Shown here: positions 19,573 through 30,700 of the stretch, piece by piece
How the letters are laid out: every line of letters begins with the position of its first letter
Numbering within the stretch: the stretch's first letter is position 1
Source: an uncultured Solirubrobacteraceae bacterium
Lineage (GTDB): Bacteria > Actinomycetota > Thermoleophilia > Solirubrobacterales > Solirubrobacteraceae
Direction of reading: 5' to 3'
Assembly (NCBI GenBank): GCA_964588985.1
Contig: CAZPQW010000001.1
Span: 1 to 64,000 of the forward strand
Length of the DNA stretch: 64,000 nt
The notes under the pieces: generated by a model
Seen by the model: the letters and a program-made list of their open reading frames with translations, nothing else
Databases searched by the model: none
What the model was told of the DNA's origin: nothing
Position numbers and translations under genes: made by a program

Positions 19573-20279
19573 CGACCAGCCCTCGTGATCGCCTGTGGGT
19601 CGACATCGGCGAGTTTGCCATCGCGCATGGCGAGCACCCGATCGGCGTAGCCGGCCACCCGAGCATCGTGGGTGACGAGGATCACGCCGACCCCGCGCTC
19701 GCGTGCCAGATCGCTCAACTGACCAAGCACCGCATCGCCGGTCTCGGTATCTAGGTTGCCGGTCGGCTCGTCCGCGAGGATAAGGCTCGGCTCGCCGACC
19801 AGCGCCCGCGCGATCGAGGCTCGCTGCTGCTCACCGCCAGAGAGCTGCGCGGGGGGATGCCGCGCTCGCCGCAACAAGCCAACGTCATCCAACGTGGCCA
19901 GCGCACGCTTCAACGCCGCGCTGTGATGAACGCCCCGCAGGAGCAGAGGCAGCGCAACGTTCTCTTCCGCGCTTAGACCAGGCACCAGATTGAAGTTCTG
20001 AAAGACGATGCCGAGCTTCGTGCGGCGAAACTCGAGCAACTCGCGCTTCGAGAGCCCGCCGAGATCTCGTCCGTCAAAACGTACGCTCCCCGAGTCGCAG
20101 CGCAGCAGTCCGCCAGCTAGCAGCAGTAGCGTGGTCTTTCCCGAGCCGCTCGGCCCATAGAGCGCCACGAGTTCCGCGGCACCAACGGCAAGGCTCACCC
20201 CATCAACGGCTCGGATGTCGCTGCCGGCCTCGGCTCCCGGAGTGCGGTAGTGCTTGTGAGCTTCATCGAACTCAATCAT
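19569..20279 (-). CDS. ABC transporter ATP-binding protein (LolD/MacB-like)
   Basis: [32 protein letters not shown] all canonical. Confidence 0.92.
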   Translation of the reverse strand: MIEFDEAHKHYRTPGAEAGSDIRAVDGVSLAVGAAELVALYGPSGSGKTTLLLLAGGLLRCDSGSVRFDGRDLGGLSKRELLEFRRTKLGIVFQNFNLVPGLSAEENVALPLLLRGVHHSAALKRALATLDDVGLLRRARHPPAQLSGGEQQRASIARALVGEPSLILADEPTGNLDTETGDAVLGQLSDLARERGVGVILVTHDARVAGYADRVLAMRDGKLADVDPQAITRAGR

Positions 20280-21015
20280 CGGCTGCGGAGCGAGACGACA
20301 CCGCCGTGGGTAGCCGGTAGAGCTTGCCAGCCTTGCTCGCGGGACCACCGTTGATGAGTTTTCCGTCGCGCATGTAGATCATCGGGCTCGCTCGCAGCAT
20401 CGAACTCGCGTCCAGGCTTGTCACGATGACCGCGAGCTTCGCGTCTATCGCGAGTGAGCCAAGCAGCGACATGATTCTCTCCCGCTCGATAATCGATAGG
20501 TTCGCCATCAACGCATCCACAAGCAGCAGCCGCGGCTCGATCACGAGCGCTTGCGCGATCCTCACACGCTGGCGCTCGCCATCAGAGAGCTCCTCAAGTT
20601 CGGCCTCGGCGCACTGGTCAACCTCACAGGCGATCAGCCAGTTTCGCGCGAGACGATGAGCCACACGGTGCTCGCCACCGTCGATCAGCAAAGGCAGCGC
20701 AACGTGTTCCAACACGCTGAGCCCCGACGTACTCGGCTGCCCGGCCCATATAAAGCCCACCTCTTGCCGGCGATAACGCGTTCGCTGCGCCCGCGACATC
20801 TGATCGATGCGTTCGCCCTTGTAGCTGACCGTGCCACTATCAGCTACCTCCAACCCGGCGATCACCCGCAACAGCGTCGTCTTGCCCGACCCACTCGGGC
20901 CGAAGATCCCCATGATCTGGCCACGGCGCAGCTCAAGCGATACATCATCGAGTGCAACAGCATGCCCGTCACGTCTCGGGTAGCGCATGCTTACCTGATC
21001 AAGCTGGAGAATCAT
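20272..21015 (-). CDS. ABC ATP-binding protein with degenerate catalytic motifs
   Basis: Walker [10 protein letters not shown] intact; signature LSDGE, Walker B LLVDALMANL, H-loop VTSLD. Confidence 0.85.
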   Translation of the reverse strand: MILQLDQVSMRYPRRDGHAVALDDVSLELRRGQIMGIFGPSGSGKTTLLRVIAGLEVADSGTVSYKGERIDQMSRAQRTRYRRQEVGFIWAGQPSTSGLSVLEHVALPLLIDGGEHRVAHRLARNWLIACEVDQCAEAELEELSDGERQRVRIAQALVIEPRLLLVDALMANLSIIERERIMSLLGSLAIDAKLAVIVTSLDASSMLRASPMIYMRDGKLINGGPASKAGKLYRLPTAVSSRSAADD

Positions 21016-21016
21016 C

Positions 21017-21715
21017 TCAGCGCCCGCCACCGACTACCCTGGGCTTCTGCTCGCTCGCCGCTTCCTCATTGGAGTCTGCCATCTTCGCAAACAGCTCCCG
21101 CCGGACTCCGCGTGCGTTGTGCGTCTCATCCGACGCATCTGGGCGCTCCCGAACAGAGGGCCAGACCACACGATGCTCCAAGAGCCAAGAGAGCATCTCA
21201 CGCGCCTGCTTGGCCCACTCCAGCTCCCCTTCCAGCTGGATGATGTCAGCGCTGAGATTCAGGCGAAGCAGCACGTGATCGGCGCGCACCAGCGGCTCGT
21301 CGACGCTGATCGCCTCATGCGTACGAGAGAGATCCTCCAAATGCGCCGCGCGAGCGGCCTCGTAGGCGTCGATCTGCTGCAGGGCGCCTTCGAGGCGCTC
21401 CGCGCCCGCGAAAGTGATCTTGACCAGCAGCGGGCGACGAGGCAGCCGCACGCTCCCAACGTCCTCATCGAACCAGCGCTCGAACTCCGCCACACCATCG
21501 TCGGTGATCGCGAACACGTGCCGGTCGGTCCGACAGCCCACGGGCTCAGCACGCTCGATCAGCCCGGCCTCCTCGAGCTTCGCGATGATCTGCGACAGCT
21601 GCCCAGAGTTGACCGCCCACGCTGGGCCCAAACGCCGCTCCAGGCGATCTGCAAGCTCATACGGATATGCCGGACGGTGGAGCAGCATTCCCAGCACCGC
21701 ATGCTTCGCCGCCAT
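21017..21715 (-). CDS. PadR-family transcriptional regulator
   Basis: KHAVLGML..YPYEL..WAVNSGQL..LEEAGLI..FAITDDG..F.RW; AGAGGAGG RBS. Confidence 0.88.
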   Translation of the reverse strand: MAAKHAVLGMLLHRPAYPYELADRLERRLGPAWAVNSGQLSQIIAKLEEAGLIERAEPVGCRTDRHVFAITDDGVAEFERWFDEDVGSVRLPRRPLLVKITFAGAERLEGALQQIDAYEAARAAHLEDLSRTHEAISVDEPLVRADHVLLRLNLSADIIQLEGELEWAKQAREMLSWLLEHRVVWPSVRERPDASDETHNARGVRRELFAKMADSNEEAASEQKPRVVGGGR

Positions 21716-22200
21716 GCAACCTCCTCTCGACACGCCTCGCCTGGAACCCCCATCTCCGTGGATGGAGCCGTACGAACCTTCCGCATCGTGGAGCCTACAT
21801 GCTGAGCCCAGGCCGCTCGTTCCATCTAGCCGACGAATACCTACATTAAAGGTCGGGCGACTGGCGCAGGCCGATCCGCGCGGCCGTCTCTCTCAAAGTC
21901 AAGCAGTCAGACCCAGCGCGATTCCGCGCTGCGCCTCACGAACGGTCGCACCATCACGACGAGATCACGACAGCTCACCAGGCACCTTGCCTCACCTACA
22001 ACCGGAGTTCTTCGATCGAGGCGAACACAAACGCCTCACTTAAAGGTATTGACCTGGGGCGTGATGGCACGCATCCTGTCGCGCCGTGCAGCAGACATCC
22101 ATGACGCAAGGCAGACGGCGACGGCGACGATGCCAGCTTCGACAGCCCTCTACGAGCGCCTCGATGACGTCAGACCCAACCGGGACGCCGGAGTGTTGCG

Positions 22201-22728
22201 ATGGCTGGTAGTGGAGAAACGCGTGACGATGCGCAGGCCATAGGTTCGCGGCTTCTGGGGCGTGAGATGCCGGAAGTGCGTCTTGGTGGTGGTCAGCGGT
22301 CTCCGGTGAGGCTGGCGGAGTACGCAAGCAGCCATCCGCTTGTCATGTATTTCTATCCGGGCGCCGCGTCTCCGGGTGATCGGGCGGATGCCCCTGATGC
22401 GGCTCAGCACCGCGCGTTCCGTGACCGTCAGTCTGAGCTGGAAGCTCGCGGCTATCGGGTGGTGGGGATCAGTAGCCAGTTCGAGGGTGCGCAGCGTGAG
22501 AGCACTGGCCTGGATCGTCTCACGCATCAGCTTTTATCGGACCCGGCGCTGTGGGTCGCGCACGCGCTTGAGCTGCCGACGTTTGACCTGGATGGCAGGC
22601 GCTGTTATCAGCGCTTGATGCTCGTGACAGGCGCCAGGGGGCAGATCGAGAAGGCGTTCTACCCGGTCCCGAGCCCGGAGCGCAGTGCCGCGCAGGTCAT
22701 CGCGTGGATGCAGGTCCAAGGGATCTAG
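22201..22728 (+). CDS. Peroxiredoxin (BCP/AhpC-TSA)-fold protein lacking the peroxidatic Cys
   Basis: VMYFYPG..DAAQHRAFRD..VVGISSQ..LLSDP..LELPTF..FYPV; DAAQH sits where CTxxxC is expected. Confidence 0.8.
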   Translation: MAGSGETRDDAQAIGSRLLGREMPEVRLGGGQRSPVRLAEYASSHPLVMYFYPGAASPGDRADAPDAAQHRAFRDRQSELEARGYRVVGISSQFEGAQRESTGLDRLTHQLLSDPALWVAHALELPTFDLDGRRCYQRLMLVTGARGQIEKAFYPVPSPERSAAQVIAWMQVQGI

Positions 22729-22730
22729 CC

Positions 22731-23264
22731 ATGCGCCAAGAACCGATCACCCCGAAGCGCGGTGCGCGCCAGTCACGAGAGATTGCACGGTCTCGTAGGG
22801 AGGTGCGGCTGGTCGGGCTCGGCCCCGATAAAGAGAAAACCGATAGCACGCTGCGCATGTTCGGCACGCGCCTGAAAACGCTCCGCGTCGCAGCTGGACT
22901 CTCACAACGTGACGTGGCACAGCGTTGCTTCATGGCCACTGATAGGGATGTCTCAAGGCTCGAGCGCGGCATCAACGTGCCGAGCCTTCTAGTCCTGGGG
23001 GTCCTCGCCCGCGCTCTCGGGATATCGGTCGCGGACCTCACAGACGGTTTAGCGCCAACGGTCCGCCATGCGAGTTCAACGGCAATCCTCGACTTGGCTG
23101 CTCGCGAGCCCCGGCCTGACACGCGGGCACTCGTGGAGTCCCTCGGTCTACCCGCCTCCTATGTGCGCGAGACCCTCGACCACCTGCATGCCTTCGACAC
23201 GATCACCGCTGGAAAAGACGGATGGGAACCAGCCACACAGCACGAGAAGACCACGCAGCGATGA
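22731..23264 (+). CDS. XRE-family HTH regulator
   Basis: FGTRLKTLRVAAGLSQRDVA..VSRLERGINVPSL..LARALG. Confidence 0.85.
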   Translation: MRQEPITPKRGARQSREIARSRREVRLVGLGPDKEKTDSTLRMFGTRLKTLRVAAGLSQRDVAQRCFMATDRDVSRLERGINVPSLLVLGVLARALGISVADLTDGLAPTVRHASSTAILDLAAREPRPDTRALVESLGLPASYVRETLDHLHAFDTITAGKDGWEPATQHEKTTQR

Positions 23265-23659
23265 GCATCACAAGCCCAACGGCGCTTCTCGTTCCTGCCG
23301 AGGTAGCCATCGAGCTCCACGAAGCCCTCCTCAGGGGTCGACGGTCCCGGCTGGAAGTCCTCCTCGAGCGCATCCCGCTAACGGTTCTCATGTTCCTCAA
23401 CCGTGACATCGTCGGGCGCATCGCTCGCGTAACGGCCCGCCGAAAGCTACTGAGGACGATCGAGAGGCAGGGCCAAGCAGCGGGAGAGTTCACGATCGCC
23501 GACGCAGCGTGCCGGCTGCTCGCGATACGCTTCGCGACCGAATATCGCGACACCAGTACCCGCCGCGTCGCAAACTCTGGAGCCCTCCCGCTCGAGCGAT
23601 GGGAAGCGAGCAAAAGAGCGCAGTTGCTTAGCGACTGGCTACGAGATCCGAGCCAGTGA
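23261..23659 (+). CDS. Hypothetical protein
   Basis: ATGA overlap with upstream gene and GTGA overlap with downstream gene. Confidence 0.65.
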   Translation: MSITSPTALLVPAEVAIELHEALLRGRRSRLEVLLERIPLTVLMFLNRDIVGRIARVTARRKLLRTIERQGQAAGEFTIADAACRLLAIRFATEYRDTSTRRVANSGALPLERWEASKRAQLLSDWLRDPSQ

Positions 23660-24291
23660 GGAACCCTAGCCGGGATGACATCGGCTCTCACCCCGGCCCT
23701 TCAGTCGTTGTCGGCCGGTTTGAGCCGCTACAGGATCACGGGCTGGTCTGTGCGCTGCAGGATCACGGGGTGGAGGTCCTGGAGTCGGGCCTCGAGGGCG
23801 CGGCCCTCGAGCGCGTTGTTGCGCGATGCCGGCCACGGTTGGCGATCCTCGCCGACACCGTCGAGCCGGAGTTGCTGTCGCGTCTCGTGTCGGGCGAGGA
23901 CGGGGTCAAGGTTCTGATCCTCACTTCCGCCCCCAGGCCGCTATATGACGAGCTGCTTTGTGCGACTGGTGCGACGAGCGTCGCGGTCAGTGCTCCGCTG
24001 GCCGACATCGTTGCTGCGGTTCACCTCGGAGCTGGGGGCCACCCGGAGTTGCGTGACCGGCTCAGCCGGCACAACCCTCGCGAGGTAGGTCTGACTCGAA
24101 AACAGCGTGAATTGTTTGAACTCTTTCGTGTCGGATATGGGTATGCGCAAGCATGCAGAGAGTTAGGAATCGAGGAATCGACTGCGCGCACTCACGCCCG
24201 CAGGATCTTCGCCAAGCTCGGAGTGGCGAGCAAGGCCGAGCTGCTCGGCATGACGCTGCCGCGAGAACGGGCTGCTGCCGGGCTCAAGTAG
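23656..24291 (+). CDS. LuxR/NarL-type regulator with degenerate receiver domain
   Basis: C-terminal LTRKQRELF..GYGYAQ..LGIEESTARTHARRIFAKLGV; N-terminal VVVGRFEPL lacks the acidic DD pair. Confidence 0.8.
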   Translation: MRNPSRDDIGSHPGPSVVVGRFEPLQDHGLVCALQDHGVEVLESGLEGAALERVVARCRPRLAILADTVEPELLSRLVSGEDGVKVLILTSAPRPLYDELLCATGATSVAVSAPLADIVAAVHLGAGGHPELRDRLSRHNPREVGLTRKQRELFELFRVGYGYAQACRELGIEESTARTHARRIFAKLGVASKAELLGMTLPRERAAAGLK

Positions 24292-24737
24292 CGACTCTGG
24301 TCACTATTCAACGGGCCATCTGCTCGCAACGTGCGGACGCCTAGCCAAAGACCGCGCGGAAAACCTGAGTAAGCGCCTTGAGTGGCAGCGCATTGCTTGA
24401 CTACACGTCACATCCCCCCATCGACGGACCGTATCGTCGTCATTGCCAAGCCACCGCGTTGCTTTCCAACGGTGCGTCGCCGAGCGCCTTCGTTTAGCAG
24501 TAGAAGCTAGGCGGGAGCTCGGGTTCTGGTCTTCGGGCCGCACAGGACGCAAACGCGCGTTGGGGCGCGTCCAGCGCCCCGGGAGCGATATCAAACACAC
24601 TCGCCGTATCTTTTGTCCTCCCCCAAAGTCACCGGTTATCGACGATTTTCAGGAATGTCCATCTCGGCTAGCGTCTGAATCGCTTGATTACGGGCTCGGC
24701 CTGGCGGGGTGCGAGCGAATGCTGATCGGGGGAACCG

Positions 24738-27700
24738 ATGAACCTTCTTCTGCTGCTGCTCCGGCGTCGAACTGTCTGGCTGCCTTGTGCCATCCTTTGC
24801 TGTTTGATTGCTGGCCCGGTTGGTCTGGCAACGGCCGGTGTGCCGTTGCTGGGAGGATCAGTCCAAGCGCCTTCACTACCATCGCTCGAGCACGGCGCTC
24901 CTACCCTCGCCTTGACTAAGCCGTCGGAAACGGCTGTCGCACTCACCGCCGAGATTCGCTCGCGCACGCTGTACGAGCACTTGGATCCGACTCGCGCCCG
25001 AAGCGTGGCGCGACAAGCCTTTCCGGCCCTCGTCACAGATCCTGTTGAAGTCATTCCGCCGTCCACTGAGCCGCAAGTCGTCGGGTATCCGTCGGACCAT
25101 GCTGCACGACTTCTACTTCCAGGCCAGAAGCATGCTGTTATCGATTCACAAGAGCCTGTCGCAGTCACCCTCCCGAACGGAGCGAGACGAGCGCTAGACC
25201 TAGGACTCGCCGCCGCGCCGGGCGGCGACTTTCGAGCACGCACGCCCGCCGTCGCCGTCCGCATCCCGCAACACCTTCGCGACGGAGTCAACCTCGCCGA
25301 CCAAGGAATCAGGCTGACGCCCATCAACGCTCGCGGCGTGCCGCTGGTAGGTGCCACCGGCAGTCTCGACGGAGCAAGCGTGCTCTTCGCGGACACGGGC
25401 GTTGACTCTGACACCCTCGTCAAGCTCGTGCCTGCGGGCGTTGAGACCGACACGATCCTCCGCTCCGCACGCAGTGCGCACACGCTCTACTTCCGGATCA
25501 CAGCCGCTGGGCGAGTACGCCTCCAGCATGCTGACGATGCTGCCGAGAGGATTCTCGTCAACGGAAGATCCGCCGCCATTGTCCCGGCACCCGTCGCACA
25601 CGATGCCACCGGAAGTGCGGTCCCGGTTTCAATGACCACATCCGGTAGGACACTGCGCCTCGCCGTCACGCCCTCGCCCACCACGACCTATCCGATCGTC
25701 GTCGACCCCACGGTAGAAGACACAAAAGTCCTTCTCAACGGCAACTGGATCTTCGAAACTAATAACGCCACAGCCTTCAACGTGAAAAGCTTGCCGTTTG
25801 AAGAACTCGAAATGTCGGACCCAGGGCTCGGTAGCGCTGCAAGCGGCCAGTTCGCTGACCTGAACTATCTGACACAAAAATGGTCCCACATCTACAAGTT
25901 CCACTTGTGGTATGACAACACCGAAACGGCGGGGAACGGTGCGCTGCAGGATCAGATGGCGCTCCGTAACTCGAAAGAACTAGAATGGGTGCAGGGACTT
26001 TCCATAAACACCGGAGAAAAACCCGCCGAAATTTGCGAGATACCGCCAGCGTACGCCTGCTCATCCCCGGCGATCGACGGCGAAAACAAAAACAACCGCG
26101 CTTTGTACGAACAACAAGTCGTCAAAACACCTGCCGGCGGCTCGACAGGTACCGCGCGCCTAGAACTCGCAGACGTCTACATTTCCCAGGAACTCTACCC
26201 GACGAGCTCACTCGACAAAACGGACCCAACACTCTCGGGCAAACCAAATGCAGGATACCCAGGCACTTGGATCAACACAGGCGCCGGGTCTGGCACGCAT
26301 GGAGTGTTTGGATTGAACGCGTACGACCCGGGCATCGGCATTTATCATCAGGCCTTCCGGCTCATCGAAAAGCCCGGGTGGGAAGAATTCAAATGGAGCA
26401 CCTCAGAAGCCATCAACGGCTGCAAGGGCGTTCAATGTAACGAGTGCTACGAATTCGAATGCCCTTCGACAAAAGTCAAAAGCGCACCGCTCAGCATCGA
26501 AGGTGCCAGCCTGCCGGAAGGTGAATGGCCTCTGGAAACACGGGTCGAAGACTACGCCGGCCTAGGAAACGACTCGACCGAGATCGTCAAAATCGACAAC
26601 GCTTCGCCCACGGGCCTCGCGATCGTAGGACTCCCACCAGGGGGGCAAATCAATGAAGGCGCTCGTCAGGTCACCGTCCGGGCGACCGACGGAACGGGTA
26701 CCACGCCGAGTTCGGGAGTAGCGTCACTCGTCCTCTACGCCAATGGCCTGGAAGTCGGCAAAGTGCTCCCATGCGCCCCCGGCCCTTGTGCTGCCGCGGG
26801 CGAACTTACGCTCCAGCACCTTCCGGTGGGCAAGAGCACCCTCACACTCGTGGCAACGGATCGCGCCGGCAATGTCGCGTCGACCGAACAGACTGTCTAC
26901 GTACGCCACGCGACCCCGACTGCCGTGGGTCCGGTTACGGTCAATCCCATCAACGGGGCGGCGACCATCACGTCGAGCGATGTCAACGTGCCCCTTGCCA
27001 ACGGCGGCGCGCTGACTCTAACCCGGACCTACAACTCTCGCCAGCTCACAGCAGGAAGCGAAGGCTCTGTGGGTCCTCAATGGACGCTTGGACTCAGCGG
27101 ATCGGAGCAGCTGAATGTCACGGCAAGCGGAGCGACACTTGTCGGGGCCGCTGGTGGTGCCACGCGCTTCACGAAAACCGGCAGCAGTTGGGAAGCTCCA
27201 AAGGGAGATCAGAATCTGAGCCTGTCCGAAGTGAAAGAAGGAGCCACTGTCAGGGAATATCTCCTCAAAAACGCGACTGGCACCTCTACGATCCATTTCA
27301 AGCAACCGACGGGCTCTGAATCTACTGCCCCTTGGATGCCTACCATCTCTGAAGGCCGGACGGCGACTAGCACCTACACCTACACCTACACCACCGAAAC
27401 GGTCGAAGGCAAACCGGTCATCAAGCCTCTCGAGGAGCTTGCGCCTGTGCCGAGCGGCGTATCGTGCGTGACGCTAGAAAAAGGGTGCCGAGCGTTGAAA
27501 TTCGTGTATGGCACCTCGACAAAAGCGACCGGGGAAAACGAAAGCGAATGGAACGAATACACCGGGCGGCTCAGCGAAGTGACCTATGTGGCATACAATC
27601 CGACGACAAAAGGAATGGCCACGGTAGGCATCGCCAAGTATCTTTACGATGCCCACGGGAGGCTGCGAGCGGAGTGGAATCCCGAAATATCACCTGCGTT

Positions 27701-30700
27701 GAAGACGAAGTTTGGATACGACAGCGAAGGCCACCTGACCGCCATTACACCACCCGGACAGGAGCCGTGGCTAATTCACTACGGAACCACCGCCGCCGAC
27801 TCAACCGCCGGACGCGTCCTATCAGTCGCTAGGCCTGAGGCGAGTATCGCGTTTGGCAGCGGGAAAGGCTCCGTCAACGAAGCAGCTCCGACCCTCTCGA
27901 CGACGACACCTGTCGTCGGCACGACCATGAGTGTCGCAACGAACGGGACGTGGAGCAACAGCCCGCTGAACTACACCTACCAATGGGACGACTGCAATGC
28001 CGAAGGCAAAGCGTGCGCTGCTATCCCCGGAGCAGTCAACCAGAGCTACACACCTCACGCGAGCGACGCAGGCTACAAGCTCGTAGCTGTCGTCACGGCC
28101 GAAAACGCGGTAGGAGCCGTAACGGCGCCGACGGGGGCGACAAGTGCACTTGCGATGACAGCCCCCACCTACTCACTGCAGTTCGGCAAAGAAGGCGAAG
28201 GGGAAAACCATTTCAAAGGTGTCGGCGGAACGGCGATCGACGCGTCCGGAAACGTATGGAGTACCGATCCAGGCAACTTTCGCGTCGAGGAGTTCAAATC
28301 GGGAGGGGCATACGTCGGCAGCTACGGGGTCAAAGGCGAAGGCGAAGGAACAGTCCAGTTCCGCGAACCAACGGCCATCGCGATCAACCAAACGACCGAA
28401 GACGTGTACGTCGTCGACCGCGTCAACGACCGGATCGAGGAGCTCGGCCCGAAAGGCGAATACCTCCGCGTCTTTGGAAAAAAAGGAAACGGGCCAGGCC
28501 AACTCGAATCACCCGCCGGAATCACGATCGACTCGGGTGGCGACGAGTGGATCACTGACGCCGGCAACAGCCGTATCGAGGAGTTCACTCCCGAAGGAGC
28601 ATTCATCACCGCAGTGGGCGTCAAAGGCTCGGGCGAAGTCCAGTTCACCGAACCTAAGGGCATCGTCTTCAATGGCGGGCGACTGTATGTCGTCGACAGC
28701 GGCAACAATCGGATCGAGGTCCTGTCCACTTCCGGCGGGTTCCTGTCTCAGTTCGGACACGCGGGAAGCGGTAACGGCGAATTCAAAGAAGCAAACGGGA
28801 TCGCGGTCGATCCCATCAGCGGAGCCATCGTTGTCGTGGACAGCGGCAACAGCCGCGTCGAGCTCTTCAACAAGGAAGGCACATACTTGACCAAGGCCGG
28901 CACGAAAGGCACCGGCAACGGCAGTTTCAACTCACCCACCGGCGCCTCCGTAAACTCCGCCGGAACAATCTATGTGGCAGACAGCGGCAACAGCCGAGTC
29001 GAGGCTCTCGCTGCGACCTACTCAATCGCCAACCCGCCTCCGACGCCGCCGGCGAAAGAACCGAACGCGATCAGCACAATTGAGTACGGGGTGCCGGTTT
29101 CAGGAGGTGACGCCCCGTACCCTCTCGGCGCGTCCGAAACTGCAAAATGGGGTCAGACAGATAACCCCACGGAAGGCGCCGCGGTCTTTCCGCCCGACGA
29201 GCCAATGGGCTGGCCAGCGAAAGACTATCGCCGCGCGACGATCAGCTACCTCGACGGTAACGGACGCGTCGTAAACACGGCGCTCCCGAGTGGGGGAATC
29301 GCGACCACCGAATACAACGAACTGAACGACGTGGTCCGCACGCTGTCGGCAGACAATCGTGCGACCGCTATCGCTGCAGGTACGAAATCTGCCGAAGTTG
29401 CCGCGAGTCTCGAATCAAAAAGCACCTACAACACGACTGGCACCCCGGGTACCCAGCTGGAAACCACAATTGGGCCTGAACATAAAGTGAAGCTCTCAAG
29501 CGGCTCCGAAGTACTCGCCCGCGCAGAGACGAAATACGCCTACAACGAAGGTGCGCCAAAAGAAGGCGGCCCCTACAACGAGCCGACCAAAACCGAAAGC
29601 TTTGCTTCTTACAGTGGCAAAACCGCCGACACGCGTGAATCCACCACCACGTACGGTAAAGAAGCCGCGTCGTGGCGCCTCGGAAAGCCTCAGACCATCA
29701 CGAGTGAGCCGAAAACTCAGCATGTCGCGCACGAAGCCTTCTACAACTCGTCCGGGGGGGTGACCGAAAGTAGGACACCAGCCGCCGCCAACGGCAAGTT
29801 CAAGTTTGAAGGTAGCTTTGGTGCCACCGGCACCGGGCACGGTGACTTCACAAAAGGCAAGGCGATCAGCTTCGATGCCGCGCACGGCACGATCTTGCTG
29901 GCCGACAGCGGCAACAACCGCATAGACGAATTCAACGCCGTTACGGGCGCCTACGTCAGTGAATGGGGCACCAGTGCCGAAGGCAAACTGAGTAAACCTT
30001 TTGCAGTGGCGCCATTGAACACCTACAACCGGTTCGTCGCAGATGAAGCACTGCCGACCTACCGCATTGCGGACTTTTTGAGCGCATCACCGTTCGAATA
30101 CAGTGGTCAGTGGCAAGTGGGTGCGGCGTCGAAACCGCTTGCGATGGCTGTAGGCGTGAACTCCAGCAAATACCAGACCTACGTGGCCTTGACCAACGAC
30201 GAAATCAAGCACTACGAAACGTCAGGTGGCGAATTCTTCGAAGAACCCACTGAAGCCGCATCGTTTGGCAAAAAAGGCACTGGAAACGGAGAATTCAACA
30301 AGCCGGCAGCACTTGCCTTCAACACGAAAACTGGTTTCGTCTACGTTGCCGATACGACAAACAGCCGCGTCGAGTACTTCAGTCGGACCGGGAAATACGA
30401 AGGGCAGTTCGGGTCAGCCGGCTCCACCGAAGGAAAGTTCAACAAGCCTGAAGGCATAGCCGTGGCCCCGAGCGGCAACGTGTTCGTGGCAGACACCGAA
30501 AACAATCGGATTGAGGAGTTCACGAGCACAGGGACGTTCATCCAGAGCTTTGGAGGCGCTGGTCCGGAAAAACTCGTCCTTCCGATCGGTGTGACAGTAG
30601 GGGAAGTGGAAACACCTCGCGGCAAAGAAGAACGGATCTATGCGCTCAACGAGTTCGGCGCGACGATCTCGATGTGGGGTCTGGCGTCGCCGGACGATGC

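Noticed and set aside
22049-22243. 64-aa ORF upstream of the peroxiredoxin-like gene
   Set aside because: Overlaps the better-supported gene by 43 nt, with no RBS or recognisable motif
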